Positions 19,801-29,276 of a DNA stretch of 64,000 nucleotides are shown here, piece by piece. The DNA is taken from positions 23,190-87,189 of the forward strand of contig PBLA01000003.1 of assembly GCA_002722245.1 (NCBI GenBank), given 5' to 3'. The translations under genes were made by a program, and so were the position numbers. The notes beneath the pieces were generated by a model. The model saw only the letters and a list, made by a program, of their open reading frames with translations, was not told the origin of the DNA and did not search any database. Source of the stretch: Flavobacteriales bacterium. Its GTDB lineage: Bacteria > Bacteroidota > Bacteroidia > Flavobacteriales_C > GCA-002722245. The number at the start of each line of letters is the position of its first letter. Positions within the stretch are counted from its first letter, which is position 1.

Positions 19801-22431
19801 GCCTGTTCCAACTGACAATGATGTGTCTAAACCAGGACAAATATTAATATCTGACCCTAAATCAAGCGTTGGCAAATTAAACATTACCACGTCTATGGTA
19901 TCTTTTCCTGAACATCCAGTTGAATTTGAAACCGTAACGGTATAATTACCTGATGCTTTTATAACTAATTCTTGCGATGTACCAGAGGGCGTCCAAGTAT
20001 ATGTGGCCCCTTCCACAAAACCAGCATCTATTACTACAGAGTCTCCTTGACAAATTGAGCGATCTTCACCCAAATCAACTTCTATTTCACTGGCTATCGC
20101 CACTTCTAAAGTATCTCTACTAGAGCATCCATATGAACTGGTTACTGTAACATGCAAAACACCACTATTTTCAGTAGTAACAAGAAGCTCTTGCTGATTA
20201 GAGCCATCACTCCATAAATAACTTTCATGATTAGAGCCCGCATTCAATAAAAGAGAACTTCCTCCGCAAATAGTGGTGTCTTTTCCCAAAGATAGTTCCG
20301 GTAATGGGTGAACAGTAAGGTTAACCGTATCCGAGCCAACACATAAATGTACATCTGTGACCTCAACAATATATTCTCCTGAAGTTGACGTTTGAATTGT
20401 TGAAGTTGTTTCTCCACCTTTTATCCAATTATATTGTTCATATTCCCCTGCAATAAAAGTAATTTCTGGTTCGCCATCACAGATAAATTGATCGGGGCCT
20501 ATATTAGGGGTCGGATTTTGATTTATTGTAAGGTCCACCGAATCTCTATTTGAACACCCTATTGCGTCTTCCACCTGAACCCAATAGGTTCCCGTTGAGC
20601 TAGCGATTAATGTGGGCGATGAGGAACCATCGTTCCAGATGTATGAGGTAAATACTCCTGGGTTAAGCAACAGGTCTTTTCCCTGGCACAAAGCTGTATC
20701 ATTCGGCAGACCCATTTCCGGTATTGGATGAACATTGATGTAAATGGAATCATAACATGCGGAACCTCCATCATCTACGGTGTAGAGTAGTTTGTATATT
20801 CCAGGACTTGTTTCTTTACTCGATGCATCGAAAGTAATATCCCCTGCGTGGTTAATCGTAGGTAAATTACCCACTAAAAATGAATCAATGGTCCATAAAC
20901 CTGTTGCACTAGCAGCACTAATCAAACCATCTAATACATAGGTTTGACCCACACATATTTCGGGTTGAAGATCTTCTAAATTGGATGTACAAGATGTACA
21001 ATTATTCACCGTAATCCATATCGTATCATTCACTGAACAATATTCAAATGTTATTTGATGGGTTCCAGGTCCTGCAACGGAAGGATCAAAAATCCCGTTT
21101 GCCCTGTCTGTTATTCCATTTCCTGTATATGCGAAAGGATTTTCCACTGGATTTTCTGCGTCATTTCCAGAACAAATCCATGTTGTACTTAGATCTATCG
21201 CTGGATCAGTGGTGCAATAAGTCCCTACATCTTGAATATCGGGTTCATCACTTGGTGGAATATAGATTGTTGGAAGACCTAAGTGAGACATTCCTGCAGT
21301 ACCCGCAACATTTGAAACTGAAAATGATGTGGCGGTATTTAGATCACCATTCATTTTTTTTAGATATCCTCCTCCTGCTATTCCATGAGAAACATACATT
21401 GACCCGTCATAACCAACTTCAATGGCTGAAAATGCTGAGCTAATTCCTGTTGAAGTCCAGGAATTTTTAATTGTAGTCGCATTCCATGAGGAGATGTCTA
21501 AATAATGAATTGAACTATTTTGCATCGAAACATATACCCTTTTATTGTTTGGAGACCACGTGATATCATAAGGGGAGCCCCAAACACCAGAAACATTCTT
21601 GGCATCATACAACTCACCAGTTGACTTATTAAATTTATAAATCGAGACTATTTTATTTCCATCAGGCCACCAATTTGGGTGTGCTTGAGCTAAATATTCA
21701 CCATCCCATGAATAGGCCATCCCTCCTCGCTCCCTGTTGGAAGTAACCTTAGGTCCTATAGAGGATACAACGGGCGTATTATCAAATCCATCACATTTTA
21801 ACAAATAAGTATAAAATTGCCCTCCTCCAGATGCAAGACAAGTCACCCAGATATCTACACCATTGGAATGGAGTGTTGCTGAAATTGCTTCTGAGGTTCT
21901 AAATGATCCTAATCGAGTTGGTCCAGACAACAGGTTTCCTGCTTTATCAAAAGAAAAAGCATTCATTCCCTTTGTTGCAGCGATCGCATCATCGGTGGTA
22001 ATAACCCAATATCGATCGGAGTCTAGGGGATGCCTTACTGTAATAACCCCTTGTGAGGCTGATCCATTATTAATTCCACCTTCATTACCCGTTAATAATC
22101 CGCTAAATGTTTTTGTAACACCACTACCTGTACCTTTCCATAAAGACCTACCATTCGTATAAAATAATAACTCTCCATTATCGTCGCTTGCTGCTGAAAC
22201 ACCTTCATAGGAAGTAACTGCATTTCCAGGACCTCCAACAGAGGTTACTCCCATGGTTTGCATGTTAATCACAATTCCACTGTATAAATTGGGCGCCATG
22301 AACCAATTGCGTTGACTTGGCCACTCGTAAGGCTGTGAGGAGTTAGAGGCGCACGTTTCTTGAGCTTGTCCATAATTTGAACAAAAAATAAAGGCAATTA
22401 AACCTGTAATGAATTGAACTTTACCAAACAT
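16834..22431 (-). CDS. Large surface adhesin-like protein: beta-propeller-like N-terminus, ~18 Cys-containing Ig-like repeats, T9SS type B (gliding-motility-associated) CTD
   Basis: 1865 aa; repeats LG.D..IC.G....L.AG...Y.W...G.Y.V.V....GC...D of ~71 aa; CTD FVPNAFTPNGDGNNDEF..IFDRWGE..WDG..GTVTLVR. Confidence 0.9.
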   Translation of the reverse strand: MFGKVQFITGLIAFIFCSNYGQAQETCASNSSQPYEWPSQRNWFMAPNLYSGIVINMQTMGVTSVGGPGNAVTSYEGVSAASDDNGELLFYTNGRSLWKGTGSGVTKTFSGLLTGNEGGINNGSASQGVITVRHPLDSDRYWVITTDDAIAATKGMNAFSFDKAGNLLSGPTRLGSFRTSEAISATLHSNGVDIWVTCLASGGGQFYTYLLKCDGFDNTPVVSSIGPKVTSNRERGGMAYSWDGEYLAQAHPNWWPDGNKIVSIYKFNKSTGELYDAKNVSGVWGSPYDITWSPNNKRVYVSMQNSSIHYLDISSWNATTIKNSWTSTGISSAFSAIEVGYDGSMYVSHGIAGGGYLKKMNGDLNTATSFSVSNVAGTAGMSHLGLPTIYIPPSDEPDIQDVGTYCTTDPAIDLSTTWICSGNDAENPVENPFAYTGNGITDRANGIFDPSVAGPGTHQITFEYCSVNDTIWITVNNCTSCTSNLEDLQPEICVGQTYVLDGLISAASATGLWTIDSFLVGNLPTINHAGDITFDASSKETSPGIYKLLYTVDDGGSACYDSIYINVHPIPEMGLPNDTALCQGKDLLLNPGVFTSYIWNDGSSSPTLIASSTGTYWVQVEDAIGCSNRDSVDLTINQNPTPNIGPDQFICDGEPEITFIAGEYEQYNWIKGGETTSTIQTSTSGEYIVEVTDVHLCVGSDTVNLTVHPLPELSLGKDTTICGGSSLLLNAGSNHESYLWSDGSNQQELLVTTENSGVLHVTVTSSYGCSSRDTLEVAIASEIEVDLGEDRSICQGDSVVIDAGFVEGATYTWTPSGTSQELVIKASGNYTVTVSNSTGCSGKDTIDVVMFNLPTLDLGSDINICPGLDTSLSVGTGWQSIQWNDFSSNEELELNVAGTYYVSVTDDNLCSTTDTVLFDFFPSPSLELGEDRTICEGASAYFDAGSGFTSYSWQNQSSLSTYQGTDAEVIWVNIIDENGCTASDTAEILIASSLSVNLIPDTAICDGQAIELSAGYSSENYTINWSNNETTSEIIASETGIYSVSVEDLTGCSGSDSVEIIVNEVPDINLGANQEICEGEEIILNAGSGWTSVVWSTMESGQTILVYEADVYTAVVTNIHGCENTDSIQVIVNARPQPNLGADQTLCSGVSAYFEAGPYSSFTWHDASTASNYSSVKEEDVWVEVVDEKGCKGSDTARIFVRDELLVDLGPDLEICNGDSIELSSGYQGQGNTFLWTTNATTESVLLSDSGIYGLEVTDQNGCKGTDTVELIVNLLPVVTLDLPRSICEGDTLLLDAGNWSSVIWDDGTNDRFLKATASKNYAVTVTNDKGCEGYDEGILTVDSPLSIELGDDLEVCEGKEITISVAEFEFVSYRWHDGSTGEVFITSTPQDISVEATDENGCIAFDTVALTNRMGLDIQLGDDLYFCEGESYEITASGFESGEYEFLWSDQSNASTLLVNETNDYSVIVSNNDGCEGQDTVSIIFYSNPQPVVEDATICAGEKALLKTGEYESYSWNSGETTQEITPAEAGEYTVTVVDENGCVGSVQGELIVHPTPVITEYETQLACIGDTLILSPELPSGSYEWTYDGSSNSSLEVSVSGEYKVLVSNVFGCVDSLGVQAVFKPVPEIELGENRSICFGDTAIVGEHSTDDVLTWNIGLEQDYIIVNQSGSYIATRTNSAGCASKDTIDVYVSPSPIAEATPDTAVCFDEIETLELAVSSYGREQVLWSSGEMDNEIVIDEEGTYSVTLTNEFGCKTTDTVVVTRECINALFVPNAFTPNGDGNNDEFGPKGVNVYDFNFYIFDRWGEQLFHSTNMDIKWDGTHLGRPCQLDVYVWKLSYKAEDQNGYFNVKQKMGTVTLVR

Positions 22432-22470
22432 CGACCCCTCCTTTTAAGAGGAATAAACCCCTTGATAACC

Positions 22471-22493
22471 AAAAAACGTACATTTAGTGTACG
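22471..22493 (-). terminator. Possible intrinsic terminator downstream of envC / in the adhesin leader
   Basis: Minus strand CGTACA-CTAAA-TGTACG followed by TTTTTT. Confidence 0.45.
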
Positions 22494-22594
22494 ACAGAGG
22501 GTTCATTTTGTTGCTAAAACAAAAGGCAAATACAATTAGTTAAATAATACACGATTTTTTAACCATTCAAATAGGTTTTATTAATAAGAAACGT

Positions 22595-23815
22595 TTATTT
22601 ATTGGCAATCCACAAACTAGGGTTCTGTTTTTGATTTCCCTGCCAAATTTCAAAATGAATTTCTGTTTTACCATTATCATCGGTGATAATCGCTCCAATA
22701 TCCTCTTGAGTGGACACGTTATCCCCCTTCTCTACAAATACTTTACTCAAATTAGAATACATCGTAAAAAACTCTCCATGTTGTATCAAAACTGCTTTTT
22801 TACCCCCAGGAAGAACAATCACTGCAGCTACTTTACCATTAAAAACCGCTCGTGCTTTAGTACCTTTATTCGTAAGAATATCTATTCCATTATTAATGGT
22901 GGTTAGGTGCTCGTATACTTCGTGCTTCTGATTTCCAAATTTTCCGCTTACCATTCCTCGGGTAACAGGCCAGGGTAATTTCCCTTTATTATTCAAAAAA
23001 TCTTTCGAAAGTTTTACTGTTTTTGGAGTTAAACCTATCCCTCCTTTTCTTTTTTCTTCTTCGGCTCGTTTCTTCGCTTCGGCAATTTCTCGCTCTATAA
23101 TTTTTTTAATCGCCGCATTTAATTTCTGTGATTCTTTTTTCTTTTTGTTAATGTTCTCCTTGAGTTTCTTTTCATCTTGTCTCAATGCATTATACAACGA
23201 TGTTCGCTCACCTTGCTCCTCTTGTAGTTGACTGAATTCGAGTTTTTTATTTTCTTTCAAACGAATTTTACGTTCTTTTTTTTCCTCTAACTCATCAATT
23301 TTTTCCTTTATTTTTTCCTGTGTCGTTTTAATTTGTTCAACTTGATACTCTCGATATTCTGCAATTTCATGGATATATTTTAATCGCTTATACGCCTGAT
23401 TAAAATCATCTGCGGAAAAAATGAAAATTAATTTATTCGTCGCGTTTCTATTCCTGTAGGCAAATTGAACCATCTTTGTATACTGAACTCTGAGTTGTTG
23501 TAATTTACTTTGAAGAGTATCAATAAAAACACGTTGATGCTCAATTTCTTGATTAATAAATCGAACCTCATTATCAATAGCAACAATTAGGTCTTTTCGA
23601 ACACCAATTTTTTTATTCAGAATTAAAAGCTGAATTTCTGATTTCCTTTTGTTGGTTCGGGTTTCACCCAAAAGGCCATTTAATTTTCTAAGCTCTTTTT
23701 GAATCTTTGCTTTCTTCTGTTTAAGTTGAGACTTCGATTGAGAAAATGACGGACTAATGCCTATTAAAAAGACAAAAAAGAGAATACTATTTAATTTCCA
23801 ACCTTTTATAGTCAT
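22595..23815 (-). CDS. envC: Murein hydrolase activator EnvC (coiled coil + degenerate M23 domain)
   Basis: Long coiled coil; KGKLPWPV, NNGIDI, IQHG.FFTMYSNL, IHFEIW. Confidence 0.88.
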   Translation of the reverse strand: MTIKGWKLNSILFFVFLIGISPSFSQSKSQLKQKKAKIQKELRKLNGLLGETRTNKRKSEIQLLILNKKIGVRKDLIVAIDNEVRFINQEIEHQRVFIDTLQSKLQQLRVQYTKMVQFAYRNRNATNKLIFIFSADDFNQAYKRLKYIHEIAEYREYQVEQIKTTQEKIKEKIDELEEKKERKIRLKENKKLEFSQLQEEQGERTSLYNALRQDEKKLKENINKKKKESQKLNAAIKKIIEREIAEAKKRAEEEKRKGGIGLTPKTVKLSKDFLNNKGKLPWPVTRGMVSGKFGNQKHEVYEHLTTINNGIDILTNKGTKARAVFNGKVAAVIVLPGGKKAVLIQHGEFFTMYSNLSKVFVEKGDNVSTQEDIGAIITDDNGKTEIHFEIWQGNQKQNPSLWIANK

Positions 23816-24578
23816 CAGGAATATCTATAGGAGCCATTAAATCATCAAATGTTTTGATTCTTTTCAACTCTATATCTGCCAATATAATTGGAAATTCTCC
23901 TTTCATTCCATGTATGTAAATTTTTTTATTCAAGGGGTAACCGTTAATATCCCCATATTTATCATAGTTAACGCGGACCTCTTTTTCTGTTTTTCCGTCG
24001 AATACAGACACAGATTTTAATCGTAAACTATCGCAAGTAAATGATTGGGTTTGGTGGAAATTCGAATCCTTTTTTTCTGTATCAAATGCTTTACTGGAAT
24101 ACGTAATCAAGGGCTCTTGTACCTTTTTAAATCCGTTGTCTTTAAATAAAAAAGTAGGCTGACTTAAAAAAAGATTTTGGATAAATCCAAATGGAACGCT
24201 TACATTAATAAGCTTTTGCAACTCGCTATAATGACCGTTAAAGTAATTTTTGTTAATGCGATCAACAAAAACTACAGTATCCTTGGTGACAAGAAGCTTA
24301 ATGGCTGTTATTCCTGATTTAGAAACTTTTGCAAAGACAGCACTATCATTTCTCACCCTTAACTGAACTTGAAGATTGTATTTTTTCTCTTGATACTCTA
24401 CATCAACTTTTGTTTTAATTTTCATCCAATTAAAATGAATGCTTGAGGAATCTAATTTATGAATGACATCATCCTTTGAATATGTCCCATATTTACAGTT
24501 GGGGTATTCATTACCAAGGTATTGTTTAGACTTACATCCTGCCAGACAAATTAATGCTAATAAAAGAAACCTCCACAT
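23787..24578 (-). CDS. DUF4292-like lipoprotein
   Basis: Lipobox LAGC; LRVRNDS, VDRINKNYF.G motifs; conserved position between TPR gene and envC in Bacteroidota. Confidence 0.7.
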   Translation of the reverse strand: MWRFLLLALICLAGCKSKQYLGNEYPNCKYGTYSKDDVIHKLDSSSIHFNWMKIKTKVDVEYQEKKYNLQVQLRVRNDSAVFAKVSKSGITAIKLLVTKDTVVFVDRINKNYFNGHYSELQKLINVSVPFGFIQNLFLSQPTFLFKDNGFKKVQEPLITYSSKAFDTEKKDSNFHQTQSFTCDSLRLKSVSVFDGKTEKEVRVNYDKYGDINGYPLNKKIYIHGMKGEFPIILADIELKRIKTFDDLMAPIDIPDDYKRLEIK

Positions 24579-24583
24579 AAAGT

Positions 24584-26290
24584 CTACATTTTTAGTTTTT
24601 CCTTCAACTTTTCCGAATCTTCACCAAGTTCTTTGGCCTTTAACCAATACGTTTTAGCGGCATCAATATCACCGGTTTTATGAAGCACATCACCAATATG
24701 TTCATTAATCACTCTACTTTGACTCCCTCCATTTTTCTCCGCTAACCTTAACCAAAGAAGTGCATTTTCATAATCACCCAATTGAAATAAAATCCATCCA
24801 TATGTATCCTGAAAAGAGGCTTCGTCAGGATGCAAACGATTTGATTTTTCACTCATTAATTTAGCCTTTTCCAGTTTTTGATTTCTCTCTGAAAGATAGT
24901 ATGCATAATTATTTAACACATAAAAATTATCCGGATCCAATTCCAAACTAAGTTCAAAATATTCATCCGATTTTTCGTGCTGCTGATTCGCATGATAAGC
25001 ATCACCTAATGAACTTAAAAATTGTGCTTTCAATTTTTGGTCGGTCTCTACGACCAAATCATTTCCCTCTTCCAGCATTTCTATCGATTTTTCAACTTCA
25101 TCCATTTGAATATGAGCCATTCCTCCATAAAAATAAAAAAGAGGTTGAATAGGGAATAATTCTATGGCCTCGTCTATTTTAACAGACATCGTTCTATAAT
25201 CACCAATACTTTGATAAGCAATCACCAATTGAATCCAAGCATTATAATTGTTCGGATTCAAATCTATTGTTCGTAAATAATAGTCAATAGATGACTTATA
25301 ATTACCTGCTTCAAACATAAAGTCAGCAGCGAACATGTTAATTGAAAAATCATACGGATGAATTGAGGCTGCAGACTCTGTTAATTCACTCGCCAATGGA
25401 TAAAACTGCGGATCGGAATCGGAAAGATGCACAAATTTTCTGAGGATTTGCTTTTTCTCAGCCACCTTAAATGAAGGATCACTGATAATTATTTTATATC
25501 GCTCAAATGCTTGTTCATGTTTATGAATTCTCATATAGTAACGCGCTTGCTCATTCAGTATATAAGGATCCTGAGGCTTTATTGTTAACGCTTGTTTATA
25601 AATTTGTAATGCATCATATTCCTGACCATGATCCATTTTAAAGTCTGCATATTGGATATAGTAGGTCATTTTTGCAGGAAATATTTTAATGAGTTGCTTA
25701 ATTTCCTTTTCTGATTTCTCATACTCACCTAGCCCCTTATATATAAGAAACTTATTAAAGTTAATGTCGTGTGAAACACCTATTTTTTGCTCAATTTTCT
25801 CATAGAGTTTTAGCGCCTTAAAATATTTTTTGAATGTGATATAGAAATCAGAGAATTCAATGTCGTAATCAGTATTATTAGGATATATCTTTTGGCGAAG
25901 CAAGTATGATTTTTCACATTCTTCATAGAGCCCGAGTTGTTTGGTTAAACTAATTTTATAGTTTAAAAACCATTTGTTTTTTGAATTTAGATCAACAGCA
26001 GAATTAATGTATTTTAATGCCTTTTCTGACTCATTTTTTTGAGCATACATTTTAGAAAGCTCAAAATAAATAGGTGCATGATTGCCTTTGGATTTAAGAA
26101 TATCCAATAAAATTGATATTGATTTTTCGAAATCTCCCGCGTTTTTTAGAGCGATAGCATCAATAAATCTTGCATCATTTACAAGTTCTTTTTCGTTATC
26201 TGAGGAAGGTACAAAAAAAGAAAGTCCTTTCTTGACTGCACAGCCAGAAAGGACGTTCATTATTAGTATAAGTATAAAAAATTGTTTCAA
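24584..26290 (-). CDS. Tetratricopeptide repeat lipoprotein
   Basis: TTG start, lipobox LSGC; multiple TPRs; VLNNYAYYLS, DTYGWILF, EHIGDVL. Confidence 0.88.
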   Translation of the reverse strand: MKQFFILILIMNVLSGCAVKKGLSFFVPSSDNEKELVNDARFIDAIALKNAGDFEKSISILLDILKSKGNHAPIYFELSKMYAQKNESEKALKYINSAVDLNSKNKWFLNYKISLTKQLGLYEECEKSYLLRQKIYPNNTDYDIEFSDFYITFKKYFKALKLYEKIEQKIGVSHDINFNKFLIYKGLGEYEKSEKEIKQLIKIFPAKMTYYIQYADFKMDHGQEYDALQIYKQALTIKPQDPYILNEQARYYMRIHKHEQAFERYKIIISDPSFKVAEKKQILRKFVHLSDSDPQFYPLASELTESAASIHPYDFSINMFAADFMFEAGNYKSSIDYYLRTIDLNPNNYNAWIQLVIAYQSIGDYRTMSVKIDEAIELFPIQPLFYFYGGMAHIQMDEVEKSIEMLEEGNDLVVETDQKLKAQFLSSLGDAYHANQQHEKSDEYFELSLELDPDNFYVLNNYAYYLSERNQKLEKAKLMSEKSNRLHPDEASFQDTYGWILFQLGDYENALLWLRLAEKNGGSQSRVINEHIGDVLHKTGDIDAAKTYWLKAKELGEDSEKLKEKLKM

Positions 26291-26291
26291 A

Positions 26292-27299
26292 TTAAAGCTC
26301 TGTACTAAAGCCCCCCAAACTCAACTCTCTCACCTGACCTTTTAACGTAACATCAGTACCAATCATTGAATTTGCAATAACTTCATTTTCAATTGTTGTA
26401 TTTCCGTATATAATTGAGTTTTTAATCACCGAATTAGATACTTTGGTTCCTTCACTTAAGGTAACATGAGGACCTACAACTGAATTCTCAATTTCCACTC
26501 CTTCACCAATTAAACAAGGCTCAATAATCATTGAATTCCTTGATTGGGCAGAAGCTGCAACCATCGTTTCAGTATCTTTAATAAATTCAAGCACTCGTTG
26601 ATTGGTATACACTGTAGCTTTATAATTACCGCAATCCAACCACTCCTTCACTTGTCCTGGAACAAACTTTGTTCCTTTTTGCTTTAAGGCTTCTAGCGCA
26701 TTGGTTAATTGATACTCCCCTTTATCTTTTATATCGTTATCAATTAAATAATTTAATTCTGACTTCAATGCAGCACCATCTTTCACGTAGTAAATTCCAA
26801 TAATTGCCAAATCACTTACGAACTCTTCTGGCTTCTCAACAAAGTCGGTAATCTCATTATTTTCATTCAACTTCACTACTCCAAAAGCTCTTGGGTCATC
26901 AATTTGCTGCACCCAAATAATCCCGTCTGCATCCCCATCTAATTTAAAATCGGCTCTAAATAATGTGTCAGCAAAAGCAATAATTGTTTTCCCATCTAAT
27001 GCCTCCTCAGCACACAAAATAGCATGAGCAGTACCCAAAGCTTCCTCTTGGTAACAAATTGTTCCTTTAGCACCAAGTCCCTCCGCAACATTTACAAGCA
27101 TTTGTTCAACATCCTTTCCAAATGATGGTCCGATAATAAACGCAATCTCTTCTATTGATTCTTCACATACTCCAGCAATATCTTCAACCAATCGCTGTAC
27201 AATTGGCTTCCCTGCAACAGGGATTAATGGCTTTGGCACCTTTAATGTGTGAGGTCTCATTCTTTTCCCCATTCCTGCCATTGGAACAATAATCTTCAT
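26292..27299 (-). CDS. Sugar-phosphate nucleotidyltransferase (glucose-1-phosphate thymidylyltransferase long-form like)
   Basis: IVPMAGMGKRMRPHT..PKPL, FVEKP, WLDCG, C-terminal left-handed beta-helix. Confidence 0.88.
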   Translation of the reverse strand: MKIIVPMAGMGKRMRPHTLKVPKPLIPVAGKPIVQRLVEDIAGVCEESIEEIAFIIGPSFGKDVEQMLVNVAEGLGAKGTICYQEEALGTAHAILCAEEALDGKTIIAFADTLFRADFKLDGDADGIIWVQQIDDPRAFGVVKLNENNEITDFVEKPEEFVSDLAIIGIYYVKDGAALKSELNYLIDNDIKDKGEYQLTNALEALKQKGTKFVPGQVKEWLDCGNYKATVYTNQRVLEFIKDTETMVAASAQSRNSMIIEPCLIGEGVEIENSVVGPHVTLSEGTKVSNSVIKNSIIYGNTTIENEVIANSMIGTDVTLKGQVRELSLGGFSTEL

Positions 27300-27326
27300 T
27301 TTTATTTACTTTAATTGGTTTTATTA

Positions 27327-27764
27327 TTAGTTAAGTCCAGTACTGCCAAAACCACCAGCACCTCTTTTTGTTTCGCTTAAAATTTCCACTTCTTTCCAAT
27401 CTGCTTGTTCGTATTTAGCAATCACAAGTTGAGCAATACGTTCTCCATCTTCCAGTAAAAAATCTTCCTGAGATAAATTTACCAATATAACACCAATTTC
27501 TCCTCGATAATCGGCATCAATTGTTCCAGGTGAATTTAAAACCGAAATTCCTTTTTTTAATGCTAACCCACTTCTTGGTCGAACCTGAGCCTCATATCCC
27601 TCTTGCAATGCGATAAAAAGACCTGTTTTAACTAAAACTCGTTCCATCGGTTTGAGCGTAATAGCATCATCAATATTGGCCCTAATATCCATACCTGCGG
27701 ATTGACTTGTGGCATAATGCGGTAAGGGATGCTTAGATTTATTGATAATCTGAATAGGAGTCAT
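27327..27764 (-). CDS. dut: dUTP diphosphatase
   Basis: [35 protein letters not shown] (all five dUTPase motifs). Confidence 0.98.
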   Translation of the reverse strand: MTPIQIINKSKHPLPHYATSQSAGMDIRANIDDAITLKPMERVLVKTGLFIALQEGYEAQVRPRSGLALKKGISVLNSPGTIDADYRGEIGVILVNLSQEDFLLEDGERIAQLVIAKYEQADWKEVEILSETKRGAGGFGSTGLN

Positions 27765-29260
27765 TGCGTAGATTTATTTTTAGATTTCTCAAAGATATAA
27801 GCAATCCCCAAATAGCCCAACAAAATAAGTGTATTTAAAGATAATTTAACGATTAAACTAGAATCACTAAGAAGGAGGTCCGAGATCAAATAAAGCATAA
27901 CTGCACTTAAAAAATACCCCAAAATCCTTTTTAAATTATAGGGTATTGGATAATGTTTTTTACCAGCAATATAAGCAACAATAACCATACACAAATAGCA
28001 TATTAGAGTTGCCCAAGCCGCACCATAATAGCCTAAAGATGGAATAAGTACCAAATTCAGGACTACGGTAATAATTGCCCCCATTATAGACACTAAAGCG
28101 CCATAACCTGTTTTATGAGAAAGTTTATACCAAATTGATAAATTATAATATATCCCTAAAAAAACATTTGCCAACAACAAAATAGGAACAACTTTAAGGC
28201 CAACCCAAAAATCCTTATTAGGAATAAAATATTTGAAAAGATCAATATAGCCAGTTACCATTAAAAAAAGAACTGATACAACAACCACAAAGTAATTCAT
28301 AATTCGGGCATACATTTCCTTGGAATTTTTCTTCTTCTCCTGAGCAAAAAAGAAGGGCTCCGCGGCATACCTGTAAGCTTGAATAAATAAAGTAATCGCG
28401 ATCGATAGTTTATAATTTGCGCCATAAATACCCAATTGACTCATTGCATCATCCAGCCCAATATCACTTACCAATAACCTCTTTAATAAAATGCGATCCA
28501 ATGTTTCATTAACGATTCCTGCTAAACCTACAAACAGTAATGGAATTGAGTATTTAAAAAATGGTTTTAAATAAGAACGAATAAACACTCCTGTGCGAAG
28601 AATTACAATTTGTGGAGCGACTGCAATTAACTTAAATATACTCGCAATCAAATTTGCTATGAATACATAACCCACGCCAATATCAGGATTATATACTAAA
28701 TCAATAAGCCAATTTGTGTGTTGAGCATCATAATTTGATTTACAGTAACTAATAAAAAATAAATTCAGTCCAATATTCACTGCAACATTACCGAGATTGA
28801 CAACAGCAAATTTGTTGGCTTTGTTTTCTTTTCTTAAATACGCTAACGGCAATGAAGATATAGCATCAAAACCTACAATAATTGCAAACCAAACGACGTA
28901 TTCGCTATGATCAGGGTACATCAACCAAACAGCAATCTCTTGAGCAAAAAATGAGGAGATCAAAATAAATCCTATACTTGAAAAAAGTAAGGTTGATAAA
29001 ATTGTTGTATACACATTTTTTGAATTGTACTCTTCTTTTGAAGAATATCTAAAATAAGTGGTTTCCATGCCATAGGTCAATAGCACTACCAAAAATGCAA
29101 CATATGCATACATCTCAGTCACCACACCAAATTGGTCAGTTGAGAATTTCCCATATGCGATCCAATATGGAGTAAGAAGATAATTCAGAAATCTTCCAAC
29201 AATACTGCTTAATCCATAGATGGCTGTTTGACTAGCTAATTTTTTAATTGGACTCCCCAC
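27761..29260 (-). CDS. Oligosaccharide flippase / polysaccharide biosynthesis (MOP family) protein
   Basis: GTG start; ~12-14 TM helices; [26 protein letters not shown]. Confidence 0.85.
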   Translation of the reverse strand: MGSPIKKLASQTAIYGLSSIVGRFLNYLLTPYWIAYGKFSTDQFGVVTEMYAYVAFLVVLLTYGMETTYFRYSSKEEYNSKNVYTTILSTLLFSSIGFILISSFFAQEIAVWLMYPDHSEYVVWFAIIVGFDAISSLPLAYLRKENKANKFAVVNLGNVAVNIGLNLFFISYCKSNYDAQHTNWLIDLVYNPDIGVGYVFIANLIASIFKLIAVAPQIVILRTGVFIRSYLKPFFKYSIPLLFVGLAGIVNETLDRILLKRLLVSDIGLDDAMSQLGIYGANYKLSIAITLFIQAYRYAAEPFFFAQEKKKNSKEMYARIMNYFVVVVSVLFLMVTGYIDLFKYFIPNKDFWVGLKVVPILLLANVFLGIYYNLSIWYKLSHKTGYGALVSIMGAIITVVLNLVLIPSLGYYGAAWATLICYLCMVIVAYIAGKKHYPIPYNLKRILGYFLSAVMLYLISDLLLSDSSLIVKLSLNTLILLGYLGIAYIFEKSKNKSTQ

Positions 29261-29276
29261 TAATTTAATTTAGCTT

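Noticed and set aside
17100-21000. CRISPR or DNA tandem repeat in the periodic region
   Set aside because: Periodicity is at the protein level (diverged ~71-aa Ig-like domains); no identical DNA repeats with spacers.
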